Shown here: positions 44,551-47,295 of the stretch, piece by piece
Layout of the letters: each line of letters begins with the position of its first letter
Position numbering within the stretch: the stretch's first letter is position 1
From: an uncultured Luminiphilus sp.
GTDB taxonomy: Bacteria > Pseudomonadota > Gammaproteobacteria > Pseudomonadales > Halieaceae
Reading direction: 5' to 3'
Assembly: GCA_905479205.1 (NCBI GenBank)
Contig: CAJQLP010000065.1
Location: forward strand, 1 to 47,295
Length of the DNA stretch: 47,295 nucleotides
Notes under the pieces: model-generated
What the model was told of the DNA's origin: nothing
Database searches by the model: none
The model's input: the letters and a program-made list of their open reading frames with translations, nothing else
Translations under genes and position numbers: made by a program

Positions 44551-45612
44551 TTACCAGGCCGGAGCAACCGTTACGCGCTCTGGAAGCTCATTGGGTATCG
44601 TCGGCAATAGATACAGGCGCGCAAACGTTACGCCGGTCGCCACTGCGAGGCCGCCGCGCTTAAGAAGCCCTAACAGTCCACCTTGGCGGCGTGCAGCGTC
44701 CATTTTCTCGCTTAGCTGCAGCATTCGCGCCATGCCCCGGCGGAATCTGGGATCATCAGTATTTAGCGCTAACGGAAATACCTGCAAGCTGATGCGGGTA
44801 GTGATATCGAACACTTGGTAATCAAACTCAGTAATGTCCATCCCAAAGGCTTTATAAAGCTCTGGCCGGGTGTGATCGCGGACGAACATAGTCGAATAGA
44901 CGGCCAACAAGAAGAAGCGGATCCACAGCTTATTGTGTCCGCGAAGCAGGCGGGGGTTGGAGCGCATGATTAATGCGAACGCCTCTCCATGGGAATATTC
45001 ATCGTTACACCACTCCTCAAACCAGCTGAAGATGGGATGGAACTGGTACTCAGGATTGCGCTGTAGGTGACGGAAAATAGTGATGTACCGCGCGTAGCCT
45101 ATTTTTTCGGATAAATAGGTCGCGTAGTAGATGAATTTCGGTCGAAAATAATGATATTCCTTTGCGTTTTTCAACACGCTCAGATCAACGGCGACACCAA
45201 GCTGCTTAAGTGCTCTATTAATAAACCCTGCATGTCGTGACTCATCTCTTGCCATATAGCGCATCAGGTCTTTGACATCTTTATTTGCAACGTTCTTTTC
45301 AATTTCCTGATACAACACACAACCCGAATATTCCGACGTTATTGAACTTACCAATAAGTCCAGAAAGTCGGCTTTAAGCGCCGGACGATCATCAAGCGAC
45401 TCGGGGTCAAACGTAAACGCTTGCTTAAAGTGAGCGCGGTTCGTGTCAGCTTCAAAGGCCGCCATCATCTCATCCCACTCTGCGCGAACACTCGACACGT
45501 CTATTTTTTCTAGAGCCTTGTAGTCCGTTTTATAAAACCGTGGCGCTAGGAGGTGGTTGTCCAGCGCTTGTTGTGTGGATTCGTTTAAATCAATAGCCAT
45601 TGCTGTAGTCAT
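44551..45612 (-). CDS. acsF: O2-dependent Mg-protoporphyrin IX monomethyl ester cyclase
   Basis: PRFYKTD and diiron motifs SEYSG, DESRH, SEKIGYARY, DEYSH; GGGGAG RBS before ATG 45612. Confidence 0.97.
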   Translation of the reverse strand: MTTAMAIDLNESTQQALDNHLLAPRFYKTDYKALEKIDVSSVRAEWDEMMAAFEADTNRAHFKQAFTFDPESLDDRPALKADFLDLLVSSITSEYSGCVLYQEIEKNVANKDVKDLMRYMARDESRHAGFINRALKQLGVAVDLSVLKNAKEYHYFRPKFIYYATYLSEKIGYARYITIFRHLQRNPEYQFHPIFSWFEEWCNDEYSHGEAFALIMRSNPRLLRGHNKLWIRFFLLAVYSTMFVRDHTRPELYKAFGMDITEFDYQVFDITTRISLQVFPLALNTDDPRFRRGMARMLQLSEKMDAARRQGGLLGLLKRGGLAVATGVTFARLYLLPTIPNELPERVTVAPAW

Positions 45613-45671
45613 GAGCTCCCCCGAACAGACAGTTGTTACACAATATCTATAGTGTGCTCCAAACAATAGAC

Positions 45672-45689
45672 TGTCAAATTTTATTTACA
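45672..45689. promoter_or_regulatory. PpsR box between divergent acsF and the BLUF gene
   Basis: TGTCAA-ATTTTA-TTTACA; a further TGTAAA half-site starts 7 bp downstream. Confidence 0.85.
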
Positions 45690-45800
45690 TTACAACTGTA
45701 AAGGCATATGGTGAGGTATGCGTCGTTGCAAATGGGCCAAGCGAGCCTTCGAACAAATAGCGGCAAAACAGCCCATCCCATAGATTTACCGGAGCAAACC

Positions 45801-46277
45801 ATGACAAACGACAAGAACGCTCCTAATGATGGCCTTTCCACTGAGCCGCAAACTGATCGACTGTTCCAATTGGCTTATGTCAGCACGCAAACTCGACCAT
45901 TAAACGCGAGAGAGCTGCTAGGTCTCCTAGAGGAAGCTCGCGTGGCAAACAATGAGCGAGGGCTCACTGGCATACTCTTACACAAAGAGCGCTCGTTCTT
46001 TCAAGTGCTAGAAGGCCCTGAAGATGAGGTAAAGCGGGTTTTTAACTCCATTGCCAAAGACAAGCGCCATGATCAAATTGAAGTTCTGGTTCAATCTGAG
46101 TTGTCTGAGCGAGAGTACCCAGATTGGCGGATGGGTTTTGTCGATCTCGATGGCATAGATCCCCGGTTACTCGAGGGATACACAGATTTTATGGCGCATA
46201 CTGAAGAACCACGGGAGTTTCTCGCGCAACTTAGCAAGGGCGCGCGGCTCGCGCTAATGTTCCGAAAGCTCGCTTAA
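45801..46277 (+). CDS. Standalone BLUF blue-light photoreceptor
   Basis: AYVS, AR..N...GLTG.L, FFQVLEG, I..D.RH, W.M all present; GGAG RBS before ATG 45801. Confidence 0.95.
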   Translation: MTNDKNAPNDGLSTEPQTDRLFQLAYVSTQTRPLNARELLGLLEEARVANNERGLTGILLHKERSFFQVLEGPEDEVKRVFNSIAKDKRHDQIEVLVQSELSEREYPDWRMGFVDLDGIDPRLLEGYTDFMAHTEEPREFLAQLSKGARLALMFRKLA

Positions 46278-46765
46278 CTCTGCGCTGCGGACTTGCGTCT
46301 TTTTTTTGGGCGCCAAACAGCCAGTGCAACATTCGCAATAGCAACCGCACCTAAGACCCAAATGGAGCCCACTTCGGCACTGAGATTGAGCGCAAGGCTC
46401 TCTACTCCGGTCGGATCAGACAGTAACGCTCGCGCACTAATAGCTTCGCGCTCAAGCGGACCCTGAACGCCAAGTAGCGTGCCCTCGAACATCAATATGC
46501 CGGTAGCCAATTTCGCCCACACCCACCCTGCCCCATGATAGGCGGGTACAGCAGCCATGGACAGCAGTCCTGCGACGATTGTGAGACCCAAGGAAGGCAG
46601 TAACACGGCTTGCGCAAGCGTATCCATAATATTGCGCACTGCAACATAGCCCGCGAGATCTAACCGAGGACTGGGTAAGTTTGCATGTAAAACAAGTAGT
46701 GCCAACATGGCACCCAGCAAACCAATGCCGCCTAGGGTGTGCAAAAATTTTAGCAGCTTACGCAT
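46274..46765 (-). CDS. 4-TM membrane protein (DUF2269 / HemJ-CopD-like fold)
   Basis: KFLH at TM1, LLPS, GWVWAKL, C-terminal VWRP; probable ATG at 46765. Confidence 0.7.
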   Translation of the reverse strand: MRKLLKFLHTLGGIGLLGAMLALLVLHANLPSPRLDLAGYVAVRNIMDTLAQAVLLPSLGLTIVAGLLSMAAVPAYHGAGWVWAKLATGILMFEGTLLGVQGPLEREAISARALLSDPTGVESLALNLSAEVGSIWVLGAVAIANVALAVWRPKKRRKSAAQS

Positions 46766-46849
46766 GGCCGTCGCTCCGAGATTCGATCTTTCGGTCGTTA
46801 TACGTGATCTCGACGTAAGAAGATGACTCACTTGGTGAGCTTATCAAAC

Positions 46850-47224
46850 CTATTTCAGCATCGACTCCGCTCTCGACTTTAATCGATCATGCCGATCTAA
46901 GTCTGCAAGCGCGGACAGCCTATCTTGCGGTATTCCAAGTGCTCTCTCTCGCACAGACGCCGCCACTGGTACTTCGGGATTGCCCTTACCTGGGGTGGCC
47001 GCCTCTTGGGGTGGTTTGAACTGCCACAAGACAAAGACTAGCGCACCGTAAACAATGAGAATTTTAGCCACAAGTGCATATATTAATGTGTCAGGATGCT
47101 GCCCCGTCAAATAAGCACTGACATCGCCATACAAAAAGGATGTAACAAAGGCAAATAATAAAACCGCCGCGATCTTGAAGAGTTTGACCTTGTATTTCCC
47201 GAAAAAAACAGCAGCGAGGAATAT
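46850..47224 (-). CDS. Hypothetical membrane protein, start uncertain
   Basis: Frame stays open upstream of TTG 47134 to ATA at 47224, adding KYKVKLFKIAAVLLFAFVTSF; two TM segments. Confidence 0.55.
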   Translation of the reverse strand: MFLAAVFFGKYKVKLFKIAAVLLFAFVTSFLYGDVSAYLTGQHPDTLIYALVAKILIVYGALVFVLWQFKPPQEAATPGKGNPEVPVAASVRERALGIPQDRLSALADLDRHDRLKSRAESMLK

Positions 47225-47295
47225 TTAACAATTCGAAATAGCGATACGCTCAAATACCAATTAGGACCGTGCCATAACTTTGTGCTTTGCCGTAA

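Overview
Almost the whole window (~2.8-46.3 kb) is a single purple-bacterial photosynthesis gene cluster (PGC) for bacteriochlorophyll a, an acyclic methoxy-carotenoid (spirilloxanthin-type gene set crtEBICDF, no crtA), a type II reaction centre with a tetraheme cytochrome, and LH1. Gene order is crtD, bchIDO-crtIB, crtC, crtEF-bchCXYZ-pufQ-pufLMC-pufBA-idi, a hemN-like gene, puhECBA-lhaA-bchMLHBNF (minus strand), ppsR-bchG-pucC-bchP-orf, acsF and a BLUF photoreceptor. The pufLMC-BA order, the flanking BLUF gene and the absence of bchE suggest a marine aerobic anoxygenic phototrophic gammaproteobacterium (OM60/NOR5, Halieaceae-like); this is inference. PpsR boxes (TGT-N12-ACA, mostly pairs 7 bp apart) can be read directly at seven promoters. 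The most unusual items are: (1) crtD moved into a module with a His-rich membrane protein, a divergent cytochrome P450 and an atypical alpha/beta hydrolase; (2) an intact HemN-like ORF that has lost its radical-SAM cysteines but keeps an FNR-type box; (3) structured RNA elements around pufBA, including a candidate puf 3' sRNA or attenuator; (4) ppsR without aerR/ppaA but with a standalone BLUF protein sharing a PpsR box with acsF; (5) a HemJ-fold membrane protein at the cluster edge. All calls are motif recognition by eye; no database searches or folding programs were run.
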